DNA of 59,947 nt, from positions 1 to 59,947 of the forward strand of contig JAQUVS010000004.1 in the NCBI GenBank assembly GCA_028693275.1, in the 5' to 3' direction. The DNA is from Bacilli bacterium. GTDB taxonomy: Bacteria; Bacillota_I; Bacilli_A; RF39; UBA660. The position numbers and the translations under genes are program-made. Below, one piece after another: positions 47,197 to 57,517 of this stretch (positions are counted from its first letter, which is position 1; each line of letters opens with the position of its first letter). The notes under the pieces are model-generated. The model saw nothing but the letters and a program-made list of their open reading frames with translations, ran no database searches and was not told where the DNA came from.

Positions 47197-48064
47197 CTTT
47201 TGTAAAAAAGTTTTTTCTTTCTTTAGCTAGGATTTTTTGTTTATCTTGTAATTGTGCATGTGCGTTGCACATATATATATAATTTTCTTTAGAAAGGACA
47301 TCTCCTACTCCAGTAAAATCCTTAGATTCCATTATTATTTTTGCATTAACATATAATGAATTACAAAATCCAGAAAGCCCAGACATTGTATATCTCTTTA
47401 ATTTATAATTGTTTAGCATAATTTTTATTATGTTATTCATATTACCTAAATTTATATTCTTAGAAAGTTCTGTGGTTAATTTTTCAAGATTTTGGTTATT
47501 TTCTTCTTCTTGATTTTGATCTAATGAATCATAAACTTGCGCAAGTGATTCTCTATTTATATATCCAATATCATTAATATCATAACGCTCATTTTCTGAG
47601 TCATCACTTAAAAATTCACTTTCATCACTATTGATTAAATCCAAAACGGAATTTACATATTTTTCTAAATTACCAAAAAGGAGATGACCAGTTAAATATA
47701 ATTCAGAATATAAATTATATTCTTTTGATAAAATATAATTTGGGGCTTTTTCTACTATTATTTTCCCTATTTTTGATTCTAAGGAAATGATATCAATAAA
47801 ATTCATGAAGTATTTATTTTGCTCCTTACTCATGTTTTTCGTTAAAGATATTAATTCATTTACTTCTGCTATTTCATTAAAATTTCTTGCCCAAATAAAC
47901 TCTTCTATTATATAGGTTAATTCTAAAGATAGAGGAGATTTTTTTGATAATACATTATCTAATTCTTCTACTTTAATATCCATCATTTTATTATATAATT
48001 CTTTTTCTTTTTCGTTTAAATAATCTGATTTTAATTTTAATAGTTCTTGTAAGAGATGTTTCAT
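47183..48064 (-). CDS. Hypothetical helical protein (orphan)
   Basis: 293 aa ORF with AGGAGG RBS and own terminator; no family recognised. Confidence 0.75.
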   Translation of the reverse strand: MKHLLQELLKLKSDYLNEKEKELYNKMMDIKVEELDNVLSKKSPLSLELTYIIEEFIWARNFNEIAEVNELISLTKNMSKEQNKYFMNFIDIISLESKIGKIIVEKAPNYILSKEYNLYSELYLTGHLLFGNLEKYVNSVLDLINSDESEFLSDDSENERYDINDIGYINRESLAQVYDSLDQNQEEENNQNLEKLTTELSKNINLGNMNNIIKIMLNNYKLKRYTMSGLSGFCNSLYVNAKIIMESKDFTGVGDVLSKENYIYMCNAHAQLQDKQKILAKERKNFFTKEKKD

Positions 48065-48133
48065 ATTACTCCTCCTTTATTAGTTACGTATTATAACATA
48101 TTTCTTTATTTTTGTAAAACTAAAAGAGATATA

Positions 48134-49462
48134 TTATATCTCTTTTGTCTTAGCTGCTTTAAATATTTTCTTCCACATTTTATCAGTAGAATAATTTAGA
48201 ATACCTACTTTATATATTCTAAGACCATATTTTATTAATACCATATTAAATAGTAATAATAAAATTATAGAAATAGTAATATCTATTATACCTATTTGGC
48301 CAATCATAAATAATGATGGGGCTAATAAGGCAGATATTAATGGCACATATGAAAGAGCTTTGATTAAAATACTTCCTTCAAACATTCCTGCCATTATTGA
48401 TAGATAATATCCTACTAGCAATACAAGCATTATTGGTGTTTGTATTTGTTGATAATCTTCTATATTAACAGTCATTGATGCAAATATTCCTGCTATTAGT
48501 GAATATGTAATAAATGTTAATACCATTAAAATTAGTGTTAATGGAACTATATAATACAATTTATCCATAAATCCAGTAGCATTTAGAGCATCATATATTT
48601 GTCCAATACTATCTGTTATTGAAGATGATGCATCTTTTACTCCAAATAAATTCTTTACTACTAAAGCTATTCCTCCATAAATCATAAGTAATAGTCCTTG
48701 TGTCATTACAAATATATTTGAAGATAGTAATTTAGAAAAGAAATGAACTTTTGGAGAAACATTTGAAATTATTATTTCCATGCTTCTTGTAGACTTTTCT
48801 TCATTTATTTCTGCTCCGATCATTTGAATTAAAAAGATAACTAAAATGAAGAAAGGTAGAATAACAGTTGGGAAAACTGTACTCATAATCATTTCCATAT
48901 TTTCATCTTCTGATTTTATTTCTTCATCAAGAATTTTTCTATCAACTTTTATTACTTGTGTTATTTTAGCTAATTCTTCTTTGTCAATATTTGTCTTAGT
49001 CATAGCTATTTCTGTTTTAGTTGCTGATAGTGATTGCATTAGTACTTGGTAGTACATTACATCAATAGTTCCTTCAGAAATAATTTTTGCAGATAAATAA
49101 TCTTCTTCACTAGAATTAAATACAATTAGAATTTTACTAGTATCTTTTAATTCTTTAATTACTTTATCTTCTTTTTCTTTAGAAATTTGAATATCTGTTT
49201 CTATATTTTCTCCAATTAAAGTATTTGTATTATCCATATTTTTCTTAAAAATATCTGTTGCAATATTAGTGTTATCTATTATTACTACTTCGTTTTTAGC
49301 TTCAAATTCTCCGCCAAAGAAAGATATAATTGTATTAATATTTACTATAGCTACAATTCCTAATAATATTAATATATTTGCTATTAGAAACCATTTTGTT
49401 TTAAATTTCTTTTTTAAACCTAAGTTTGTTAAAAACCAAAATTTACTTGCCACTAGCTTCAC
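48134..49462 (-). CDS. ABC-2 permease (YhaP/NatB-like)
   Basis: EINEEKSTRSMEIIISNVSP..HFFSK, PLISALLAP, multiple TMs. Confidence 0.9.
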   Translation of the reverse strand: MKLVASKFWFLTNLGLKKKFKTKWFLIANILILLGIVAIVNINTIISFFGGEFEAKNEVVIIDNTNIATDIFKKNMDNTNTLIGENIETDIQISKEKEDKVIKELKDTSKILIVFNSSEEDYLSAKIISEGTIDVMYYQVLMQSLSATKTEIAMTKTNIDKEELAKITQVIKVDRKILDEEIKSEDENMEMIMSTVFPTVILPFFILVIFLIQMIGAEINEEKSTRSMEIIISNVSPKVHFFSKLLSSNIFVMTQGLLLMIYGGIALVVKNLFGVKDASSSITDSIGQIYDALNATGFMDKLYYIVPLTLILMVLTFITYSLIAGIFASMTVNIEDYQQIQTPIMLVLLVGYYLSIMAGMFEGSILIKALSYVPLISALLAPSLFMIGQIGIIDITISIILLLLFNMVLIKYGLRIYKVGILNYSTDKMWKKIFKAAKTKEI

Positions 49463-50339
49463 CTACTTTCGTAATGAATATTTCATTTAATGTTGGTTCT
49501 TCTTCAACGAATTTTGTTATTTTCTTTTTAGAAATAACTTTAAATATTTTATCTGTTACTGAATTATCTTTTATTTTAATGACAATATCTTCACCTTGTT
49601 TTTCGATATTTAAAACACCTTCTATATCTTTGAAGTCTTTCTCAGTAACATCTCCATTAACAAAAATATTTTTCTTCTTATAATCATTTTTTATATCTTT
49701 AACATATCCGTCTAAGATAACTTTTCCTTTTACTAGAATTACCATCTTTTCACAAAATCTTTCAATATGGTCCATTTGATGTGAAGAAAATATTATTCTA
49801 CATCCATTTTTTCTTAATTTTTCTATTTGTTTTTTCATCATTTCAACATTTATAGGATCTAGTCCTGTAAATGGTTCATCTAAGATTAATAAGATTGGAT
49901 CATTAATAATTGCTGAAATAAATTGTATTTTTTGTTGATTACCTTTAGATAATTCTTTAATTTTACGATCTTTATAATCTGTTATCTCAAATTCTTCTAA
50001 AAGTTGATCTAATTTATTTATAATATCTTTTTCTTTCATACCTTTTAGGATTCCATAATAAATTATTTGTTCTTTTACAGTCATCTTTGTTAGTAAGCTT
50101 CTTTCTTCTGTTAAGAAACCTATGTAATCTGTCATACTATAATCTACTTTTTTACCATCTAATGTTACTTCTCCACTATCAGCATCTAATAGTCCCATTA
50201 TAATTCTAAAAGTAGTTGTTTTCCCTGCTCCATTTTCTCCTAGTAAACCAAAAATCTCTCCTGGTTTTACTTCAAAACTTAAACCATCTACGGCTTTGAC
50301 TTTGCCATATGATTTTTTAATATTTTTAACCTTTAACAT
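49443..50339 (-). CDS. ABC ATP-binding protein (YhaQ/NatA-like)
   Basis: GENGAGKTT, LSKGNQQK, LDEPFTGLDP, SSH, EPTLNEIF. Confidence 0.93.
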   Translation of the reverse strand: MLKVKNIKKSYGKVKAVDGLSFEVKPGEIFGLLGENGAGKTTTFRIIMGLLDADSGEVTLDGKKVDYSMTDYIGFLTEERSLLTKMTVKEQIIYYGILKGMKEKDIINKLDQLLEEFEITDYKDRKIKELSKGNQQKIQFISAIINDPILLILDEPFTGLDPINVEMMKKQIEKLRKNGCRIIFSSHQMDHIERFCEKMVILVKGKVILDGYVKDIKNDYKKKNIFVNGDVTEKDFKDIEGVLNIEKQGEDIVIKIKDNSVTDKIFKVISKKKITKFVEEEPTLNEIFITKVGEASGK

Positions 50340-50350
50340 TTTCTCACCTC

Positions 50351-50803
50351 TTATTTACAAGTAGAACCTATAGATTTATATAATTCTACTAGTTTTTTAA
50401 AATCAATTTTTCCTTCTGAAATCAACTCAGAGTTGTTAGTATCTGCTTTTATTAATTCTTTTAGATCAATCTTAGAATAATCAATGTTTACTTTAGTAAT
50501 TAAAGTATCATCTTCTATTTCAATATCATAATTATAATACTTGATATCATCATATGGCGCATATGTACTTTCTACTGAAGTCTTATATGCCTCTAAGTAT
50601 GTTCCTTCTTTAGAAGTTAATTTTTCTATTGTTGAAACTTTTTTTACAGTATTATTAACGTAAGTAATCTTAAATTCTGTAGAGATTTTCATAGTTTCAG
50701 ATATTTCTGATGTTCTACTACATTTCATAACTTTTGCTTTTTCACATCCTGTTAATGTAAAAACAAGTAATAATAAAACTGATAAACAAACTATCTTTTT
50801 CAT
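50351..50803 (-). CDS. Lipoprotein (YehR/DUF1307-like)
   Basis: Lipobox LTG|C, conserved Cys after the signal and at the C-terminus (GSTCK). Confidence 0.75.
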   Translation of the reverse strand: MKKIVCLSVLLLLVFTLTGCEKAKVMKCSRTSEISETMKISTEFKITYVNNTVKKVSTIEKLTSKEGTYLEAYKTSVESTYAPYDDIKYYNYDIEIEDDTLITKVNIDYSKIDLKELIKADTNNSELISEGKIDFKKLVELYKSIGSTCK

Positions 50804-50815
50804 ATATTCCTCTTT

Positions 50816-52090
50816 CTAATTATTTTTTGGTTTTACTACTAAAACTGATTTATTAGTAAAATCTATACTTTCTATAATACTACTAAATTCTTCAATATTC
50901 AAACCTCTTATTAAATCTATTCTATTTTCATATACTTTGTTTGATAATATTACATCAGAAACAACTAAATTAGCCATTATATTAAAGTAATCTGTTTTAC
51001 TAACTTCTTTAGCTATTTGTACTTTCTTTTGTCTTTCAAGGTCTTCCTTAAGTATTATTTTATTACTTAATTCTTTATCTAATTCATTTATTAAATATTT
51101 GTAATCATCTGTTTCAACAAAAATATAAATTATTAATTTATCATCGGCATCTTCTATGTCATATCCTAAGAAATTTAATTTTTGTTCTTTTTTTAATCTA
51201 TATTGGAATTCAGATATATTTCCAATTTTTATTGATAAATAATTTTTAATATAACTTCTAAAAACAAATTTATCTATATTTACATATGGTATTTTTACGG
51301 CATAACATAATTTATTATTTGTTATATTTTCAAATATTTCTTTATATTCTTCTTTTACTTTTAATGGTTCATTTATTATTTGATTACTAATTTCAAAACT
51401 TGAATTTTTTTCTTTCAATAGTTTATTATCATTTATGATTTTAAGTGTATTATCTATATTAAAATTCCCTGATATTACCATAAACATATTAGAAGGTTCA
51501 TAGAATGATTCATAGCATTCTAATAAATCTTCTTTAGTAATACTTTTCACAGATTCAATTGTTCCACCTACATCATCTTTATTTGGATGATTATGATAAA
51601 GCATACTTTTCATAGCTAAATCAATTTTAAAATCAATATTATCCATATACATTTTTAATTCTTCTATTATTATACCTTTTTCTTTTTCTATATTTTCATC
51701 AGTTAAATTTATTTCATAGACTAAATTTAGTAAATATTCTAAAGCTTCATCAAAGTGATTTGTTCCACTAAGATAATACGAAGTAATTACATTACTTGTA
51801 AAAGCATTACAATCTAATCCTTTTTCTGCAGCAAACATGAATGGATCTATTCCATCCTTTTGTTCAAATAATTTATGTTCTAAAAAATGAGCTATTCCTA
51901 GAGGAAAAGTTTTAAATTCTTTTTTGTTTTTAGGAATAAAATTTATATTATTAGAACCATATTTAGTAATTATATTTACTGTGAAACCTTCTTTGTTATC
52001 ATAAGGAATCATATAAATATCTAAGTTGTTTTTTGTCTTTTCTTTATAAATAGTTTGATTTAATCCTTTTAATTTAATTTCTTTCATCAT
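50816..52090 (-). CDS. M16 zinc peptidase, catalytic subunit (YmfH-like)
   Basis: GIAHFLEHKLF (HxxEH), NAFTS, KEKGIIIEE, FYEPSNM. Confidence 0.92.
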   Translation of the reverse strand: MMKEIKLKGLNQTIYKEKTKNNLDIYMIPYDNKEGFTVNIITKYGSNNINFIPKNKKEFKTFPLGIAHFLEHKLFEQKDGIDPFMFAAEKGLDCNAFTSNVITSYYLSGTNHFDEALEYLLNLVYEINLTDENIEKEKGIIIEELKMYMDNIDFKIDLAMKSMLYHNHPNKDDVGGTIESVKSITKEDLLECYESFYEPSNMFMVISGNFNIDNTLKIINDNKLLKEKNSSFEISNQIINEPLKVKEEYKEIFENITNNKLCYAVKIPYVNIDKFVFRSYIKNYLSIKIGNISEFQYRLKKEQKLNFLGYDIEDADDKLIIYIFVETDDYKYLINELDKELSNKIILKEDLERQKKVQIAKEVSKTDYFNIMANLVVSDVILSNKVYENRIDLIRGLNIEEFSSIIESIDFTNKSVLVVKPKNN

Positions 52091-53337
52091 GGTCTATCTC
52101 CTTTTAAAAAATATATTAGAGCTAAACATGAGTCGTTAGCAAGAGATATTATTTCTTCTTTTGTTATAGAATTAATTAATTCTTTTTCTTCAGATTCATT
52201 AATTATTCCATCTTCTATATAACTATTAAGAATAGCTATTTGATAGTCCTTAACTTCTTTTAATTCACTTAATAGAATTAGTTTAGCATTCTCTAATTCT
52301 TTTTCTTCGAAGTTACCTCTTTTTATTTCTTCTATTTCGTTTATCATAAGTTCTTTAGCTCTATCATAATTACTTGAGTCAATACCTGATTTTATTGATA
52401 TTAGATTATCTTTTTCCATGTATATTGAAGAACATGAATAAGCTAGTGAATTTTTTTCTCTTATATTTGTAAAAAGTTTAGAAGTTGGTCCTCCTCCTAA
52501 AATTGTATTATAAAGTCTCTTTATTATATTATTTCTTTTATCATTTTCTCTTTTTATTTTTAAAACCATGTTTAATTTTGATTGAAAACTATCATAATCT
52601 TCTACTATATCTTTTAATATTATTTCTTCTTCATGATTAATAAATTTTAAATTACTATAATCTGAATTTTTAGATTTTAAATCGAAATTTTCTACTATTA
52701 GGTTTTCCATCTGATCATTATCAAAATCACCTATAGCATATATTTCAATGTTACTATTATTAATAATCATTTTATGAAAATCTACTATATCTTTTTCACT
52801 AATTTCATCAATTTTGTCTTGCATAAAAAATCCTATTTTAGTATATTCTTTTTCATCTATTAATTTCATTGTTCTTAAATGGGCATAACTTGATGAAGAA
52901 TCTTTCATATCCCCAAAAACTTTTTTCATATTTTTTTTACATAACTGTAATTTATTTGAATCTACTTGCCCGTCTTTCTCATCTATGTTGAAAACTAATT
53001 CTTTTAAAAATTTAATTGATTCATTTATCATATTTTCTTCTGTATATTGCTCTTCTAAAATAGTTAAATCAAATTCTATTGAAAATAATTTACCTTTTCT
53101 TCTTGAATTTATTCTTGTTGCTGCACTATATAAATCTCTTTTTTTCTTTTCCATTTCTCTTAAAGTATTATAATTTTTAGTTCCTTCATCCATATACTCA
53201 GTAAAAAGATTTCTAATTATTTGATACTCTTCTTTAAAAGGGAAAATAAAATTAATTTTAAAAGAAATACTTTTAAAGGCATTAGTCTTGATAAAATGAA
53301 TTTTATATTTATCACAATCTTTTATTATGTATTCCAT
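52087..53337 (-). CDS. M16 family non-catalytic partner (YmfF-like)
   Basis: No HxxEH; ILGGGPTSKLFTNIREKNSLAY motif; paired with YmfH. Confidence 0.9.
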   Translation of the reverse strand: MEYIIKDCDKYKIHFIKTNAFKSISFKINFIFPFKEEYQIIRNLFTEYMDEGTKNYNTLREMEKKKRDLYSAATRINSRRKGKLFSIEFDLTILEEQYTEENMINESIKFLKELVFNIDEKDGQVDSNKLQLCKKNMKKVFGDMKDSSSSYAHLRTMKLIDEKEYTKIGFFMQDKIDEISEKDIVDFHKMIINNSNIEIYAIGDFDNDQMENLIVENFDLKSKNSDYSNLKFINHEEEIILKDIVEDYDSFQSKLNMVLKIKRENDKRNNIIKRLYNTILGGGPTSKLFTNIREKNSLAYSCSSIYMEKDNLISIKSGIDSSNYDRAKELMINEIEEIKRGNFEEKELENAKLILLSELKEVKDYQIAILNSYIEDGIINESEEKELINSITKEEIISLANDSCLALIYFLKGDRP

Positions 53338-53346
53338 TTTGCCTCC

Positions 53347-54063
53347 TTAAATTGTTTCTAGAGCTAATTCTATCATTTCATTTAATGATGTTTGTCTTTC
53401 CTCACTTGTTAATTCTTTTTTGTCATATTTAGAGTCTACTACGGTAAGAAGACAAGTTGCTTTTTTATTTAATAATTTTGCTAAGTAGAATAATCCAAAT
53501 GCTTCCATTTCTAATCCTATAAATTCTATATCTTTAGGATATCTAGCAAGATTTTTTTCATGGTCTACATAGACATCAAAAATATCACTGGTAATAATAT
53601 TTCCTCTTACTATTTTTTTATTTTTACTACTAGCAATACTTTCTATTTTGTCATTTAAATCTTTGTCTGCTGGCATAAAATGATCATAACAATCACCAAA
53701 TACTTCTGCAAAAGTACTTAAACTATATGCGTTATCTGCAAGTAAAACATCTAATAATTTAACATCTTCCTTACTTGTTCCACATGTACCTATTCTTATT
53801 ATTGTTTCTACGTTATAAAACTTATATAACTCGTATGCATAAATTCCTATACTTGGAATACCCATTCCTGATGCAAAAACGGTTACTCTTTTATCATTAT
53901 AATAACCTGTGTATCCAAACATATTTCTTACACTGTTAATTTGCTTAACATCCTTTAAATATGTGTCTGCTATATATTTAGCTCTCAATGGATCTCCTGG
54001 CATTATTACTATTGGAGCTACATCAAATTCATTACTTTCAATGTGTGGTGTTTTCATACTCAT
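53347..54063 (-). CDS. deoD: Purine nucleoside phosphorylase (DeoD type)
   Basis: TPHI, MPGDPLRA, VRNMFGYTG, GMGIPS, RIGT, EMEA. Confidence 0.96.
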   Translation of the reverse strand: MSMKTPHIESNEFDVAPIVIMPGDPLRAKYIADTYLKDVKQINSVRNMFGYTGYYNDKRVTVFASGMGIPSIGIYAYELYKFYNVETIIRIGTCGTSKEDVKLLDVLLADNAYSLSTFAEVFGDCYDHFMPADKDLNDKIESIASSKNKKIVRGNIITSDIFDVYVDHEKNLARYPKDIEFIGLEMEAFGLFYLAKLLNKKATCLLTVVDSKYDKKELTSEERQTSLNEMIELALETI

Positions 54064-54109
54064 ACCTTCTTTCTTATAATATATATTATAACATAATATT
54101 TATATTTTA

Positions 54110-54138
54110 TTGACTTTTATGAAAAAAATAAGTACTAT
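54110..54138 (+). promoter_or_regulatory. sigmaA-type promoter of ORF 54162
   Basis: TTGACT (54110-54115), 17 nt, TACTAT (54133-54138). Confidence 0.6.
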
Positions 54139-54161
54139 AAAAAACATTGTGAGGGATTACT

Positions 54162-55193
54162 ATGATATGTGGCAACGATGCAATTGAATTTTATAAAAAA
54201 AGAATTGAAGAATTAGAAATAATTTATGAGATGGACAGAAGTGAGGATAGTCTCTTACTTATTAATAGTTTTAATTCTTTTTTAGAAAAAGAATTATGTA
54301 ATTTCCCAATACTTAGATTTTTAATGGATTTTAGGTTTAGATTTATAGATAAGAGAAACTTTATAGATTCTTTTAATAAAATTAGTCAGATAGAACTCGA
54401 TTCTATTTTATCTATGGATCAAATTTTTGAAAGTGATTTAAAATTAAATAATAATATGGTATGTTTTAGGCATAGTCTAGATAAAAAAAGTTCTATAGAA
54501 TTAGTTGAAGAATTTTTCTATAGTATAGGCAATAAATTTATTCTAGATGAATATATTAAAATTAGAGATAATAAATTACCAAATATTTATTTAGCTAGAG
54601 GTAATATTATGGATATTAATCATGGAGTAACTTTTTTTGATCACTTAAGCAATGAATCTTTTGCTAAAATAAATATGACTCATACTTTATGCGATCCTAT
54701 TACTATTGCTCATGAAATTATGCATATGATATTTTTTAATTTTTTTAATAAACTTGATGATTATTACTTAATGGAGATTGAAGGGTTCTTCTCTGATTAT
54801 TTGTTTGCAGATTTTTTAAATAAAAGAAAAATTACTAAACATTCTGCTTTTCAAATTAATTATGAATCTTTTTTTAATTTAACTGATAGTTGTAAAGTCG
54901 TTAAAAAGGCAAATAATTATTTTAATTCTGATAAAAAGATACAGTTTATTGATTATCGCAATGACCCTCAAACAGCTGTTGATTATAATTTATCCTTTTT
55001 AGCTGCACTTGATTTGTTCTTTTTATACTTGGAAAAACCTAGTTTAGCTTTTGAAGAATTACTTTCTTTTTCTTCTAAGAGTAAAGATGCTACTACTAAT
55101 TTATTTAATAATAATAGATACCCTAATTTTTATAGGGATGATTTTCAAAATTTAAGATATACAATAAAGCAAATGAAAAAGACTAAAATTTAG
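54162..55193 (+). CDS. Orphan gluzincin-like protein resembling the M3 (oligopeptidase F) catalytic core
   Basis: KINMTHTLCDPITIAHEIMH and MEIEGFFSDYL recall M3B I..N....DV.TLAHELGH ... E..S...E.L. Confidence 0.6.
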   Translation: MICGNDAIEFYKKRIEELEIIYEMDRSEDSLLLINSFNSFLEKELCNFPILRFLMDFRFRFIDKRNFIDSFNKISQIELDSILSMDQIFESDLKLNNNMVCFRHSLDKKSSIELVEEFFYSIGNKFILDEYIKIRDNKLPNIYLARGNIMDINHGVTFFDHLSNESFAKINMTHTLCDPITIAHEIMHMIFFNFFNKLDDYYLMEIEGFFSDYLFADFLNKRKITKHSAFQINYESFFNLTDSCKVVKKANNYFNSDKKIQFIDYRNDPQTAVDYNLSFLAALDLFFLYLEKPSLAFEELLSFSSKSKDATTNLFNNNRYPNFYRDDFQNLRYTIKQMKKTKI

Positions 55194-55203
55194 TCTTTTT
55201 TTA
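55176..55203. terminator. Bidirectional terminator between ORF 54162 and ftsK
   Basis: AAAAAGACTA-aaatt-TAGTCTTTTT. Confidence 0.75.
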
Positions 55204-57423
55204 TTCTTCTTCTAATTTTATTAGTACTTCTCTTGGTTTACTTCCATTTGGAGGTCCAACTATTCCTCTTTCTTCAAGTAAATCGATTATTCTTGCTGCT
55301 CTATTATATCCTAAACGGTATTTTCTTTGAAGAAGAGATGCACTTATTTTTCCCATGTTAATTGCATATTCTACTATTTCATTATATAAAGGATCATCAT
55401 ATTCTTCTTTATCATTTCGAACATCATCTAATCCCATTCTTCCATCATCATCTTGATTACTTGTTCCTAAATTAAGGAATCTTTCATCATATTGAGCTTT
55501 TTGTTGAGATACTGTGTAATCTACTAATTTTTGTAAATCTTCATCTGATACATAGGCACCTTGAACTCTAACAGGAGCATTTTCTCCCATAGGTAGGAAT
55601 AACATATCCCCTTTACCTAATAATTTTTCGGCTCCAGACATATCTAATATTGTTCTTGAATCAATACTAGATGAAACTGCAAATGAAATTCTTGATGGTA
55701 TGTTTGCTTTAACTACACCAGTAATTACGTCTGTAGATGGTCTTTGAGTTGCTACTATTAAGTGTATTCCTGCTGCTCTTGCCATTTGAGTAATCCTCAT
55801 AATAGAATCTTCTACTTCTTTTGCAGCTACTAACATTAAGTCAGCTAACTCATCTATTATTACAACAATATAGTGCATTCTTCTGATTTGATTTTCTTCT
55901 GATAATTTTTCATTTTGTTTATCTACCCATTCATTATAAGTAGCTATGTTTTTAACACCTTTTTCACTAAAGATATCATAACGATCTTCCATTTCTCTAA
56001 CAATTCTTTTTAAAGCATCATTTGCTTTTTTAGGATCAGTTACTACTGGTATAAGCAGATGAGGGATTCCATTATACATACTTAATTCAACTTTTTTAGG
56101 ATCTACTAGTACTAGTTTAACCTCAGTTGGTTTAGTTCTCATTAAAATTGAAGCTATGATTCCGTTTATACAAACAGATTTACCACTACCTGTTGCTCCA
56201 GCTACTAGTAAATGGGGTGTTTTATCTATTTCACAATAAATACTATTTCCCATGATATTTTTACCAAGAGCTACAAGTAATTTGCTATTTGATTTGTTAT
56301 TTGGAACTGTTTCAAGGATTTCTCTTAACCCAACCATTTGAACATTTTCATTAGCAAGTTCTATACCTACTGTTGATTTACCAGGGATTGGAGCTTGAAT
56401 ACGAACATCTTTTTTAGCTAATGCTAAAGATATTTCTTTATTTAAACTTGTAATTTTACTTACTTTTGTACCTGTTTTTATTTCTAATTCATATTGTGTA
56501 ACACTTGGTCCTACATTTACTTCTACAACCTTACATATAATTCCAAAGTCTTTTAGAACTGTTTCTAATTTTTCAATATTTCTTTCTATTGCTTCATTAT
56601 TACTTGTTTTAGTTTTTTTATTTAGAGCTAAAATTGAAATATTTGGCAATTTGTACTCTTTATTTGTTTCTACTATTTCATGGTGAGTTTCTTCTAATTG
56701 TTCATTCATTTCTTCTTTGTGTGGGTTAGTTATTTCATCTATACTATGAATTTTAATTTTTTTATCAATTACTGGTGCTGTTTCTTCTTTTTCACTTGAA
56801 TCATTTACAATAACTGAAGATCTTTCTTTTTTTAATTCATTATTATATTTTTTTTCTTCTCTTAACCTTAGTGATTCTTCATGTTTATCTTTTATCCAAT
56901 CAAAGATTGAAAAACCAGTTATAATTACAAGACCACCACCTATAAAAATAGATGCAACAATATATGTTCCTTCTTTAGCAAAAAGTTTTAAAAATAAGGA
57001 ACTAAACATATTTCCTAATATACCAGGACCAGATAAAACTAAATCTTTACCGTTAAATGATTGTTGTAAATTATCAAATAAGTTTTTTAATGGATCTAAT
57101 TTACTTGTATCCATATAAGTTATTGTTGTTAATACAAGAACTCCAATAACTATAATATATAGTCCTATTAATTTTGCATCAAAGATATTTACTTTATCTC
57201 TTTTTACTAGCATAAATAATCCTAGGAAAATAGTAAAAATTAATAAAGCTTGATATCCTGTTCCAATTAGAAACATAGCTAATGATGCTCCTATTTTTCC
57301 TACAAATCCATAAGGAGTTGATACAATACTTAAAATAGAAATTACTATTAAAATTATCCCTATTAATTCATTTTTATAATTAAATGTTAATTTATTTTTT
57401 TTTGATTTTCTTTTCCTACCCAT
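55201..57423 (-). CDS. ftsK: DNA translocase FtsK/SpoIIIE
   Basis: N-terminal TMs, GPSVTQYE, RIQAPIPGK, HLLVAGATGSGKS, IDELADLM, ATQRPS, GYNRAAR gamma domain. Confidence 0.98.
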   Translation of the reverse strand: MGRKRKSKKNKLTFNYKNELIGIILIVISILSIVSTPYGFVGKIGASLAMFLIGTGYQALLIFTIFLGLFMLVKRDKVNIFDAKLIGLYIIVIGVLVLTTITYMDTSKLDPLKNLFDNLQQSFNGKDLVLSGPGILGNMFSSLFLKLFAKEGTYIVASIFIGGGLVIITGFSIFDWIKDKHEESLRLREEKKYNNELKKERSSVIVNDSSEKEETAPVIDKKIKIHSIDEITNPHKEEMNEQLEETHHEIVETNKEYKLPNISILALNKKTKTSNNEAIERNIEKLETVLKDFGIICKVVEVNVGPSVTQYELEIKTGTKVSKITSLNKEISLALAKKDVRIQAPIPGKSTVGIELANENVQMVGLREILETVPNNKSNSKLLVALGKNIMGNSIYCEIDKTPHLLVAGATGSGKSVCINGIIASILMRTKPTEVKLVLVDPKKVELSMYNGIPHLLIPVVTDPKKANDALKRIVREMEDRYDIFSEKGVKNIATYNEWVDKQNEKLSEENQIRRMHYIVVIIDELADLMLVAAKEVEDSIMRITQMARAAGIHLIVATQRPSTDVITGVVKANIPSRISFAVSSSIDSRTILDMSGAEKLLGKGDMLFLPMGENAPVRVQGAYVSDEDLQKLVDYTVSQQKAQYDERFLNLGTSNQDDDGRMGLDDVRNDKEEYDDPLYNEIVEYAINMGKISASLLQRKYRLGYNRAARIIDLLEERGIVGPPNGSKPREVLIKLEEE

Positions 57424-57484
57424 TATGACACCTCATTATATATTCATTATACCATTATAAACTTTTTATATAAAGATTAAAATA

Positions 57485-57506
57485 AAAAAAGATACAAAAA
57501 GTATCT
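57485..57506 (-). terminator. Terminator after ftsZ
   Basis: AGATAC-ttttt-GTATCT followed by a T run on the minus strand. Confidence 0.55.
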
Positions 57507-57517
57507 ATGTTTATTAA

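Noticed and set aside
11167-55193. Lys/Arg-rich C-termini on nearly all orphan proteins as a possible secretion signal
   Set aside because: In most cases the tail is explained by overlapping cis elements: RR-stop is the next gene's AGGAGA RBS (16780, 42487), ILKK is the TTGAAA -35 box (17190), and KEKKD, MKKTKI and KRAKHITM are terminator arms. Housekeeping proteins here also end in Lys-rich tails.
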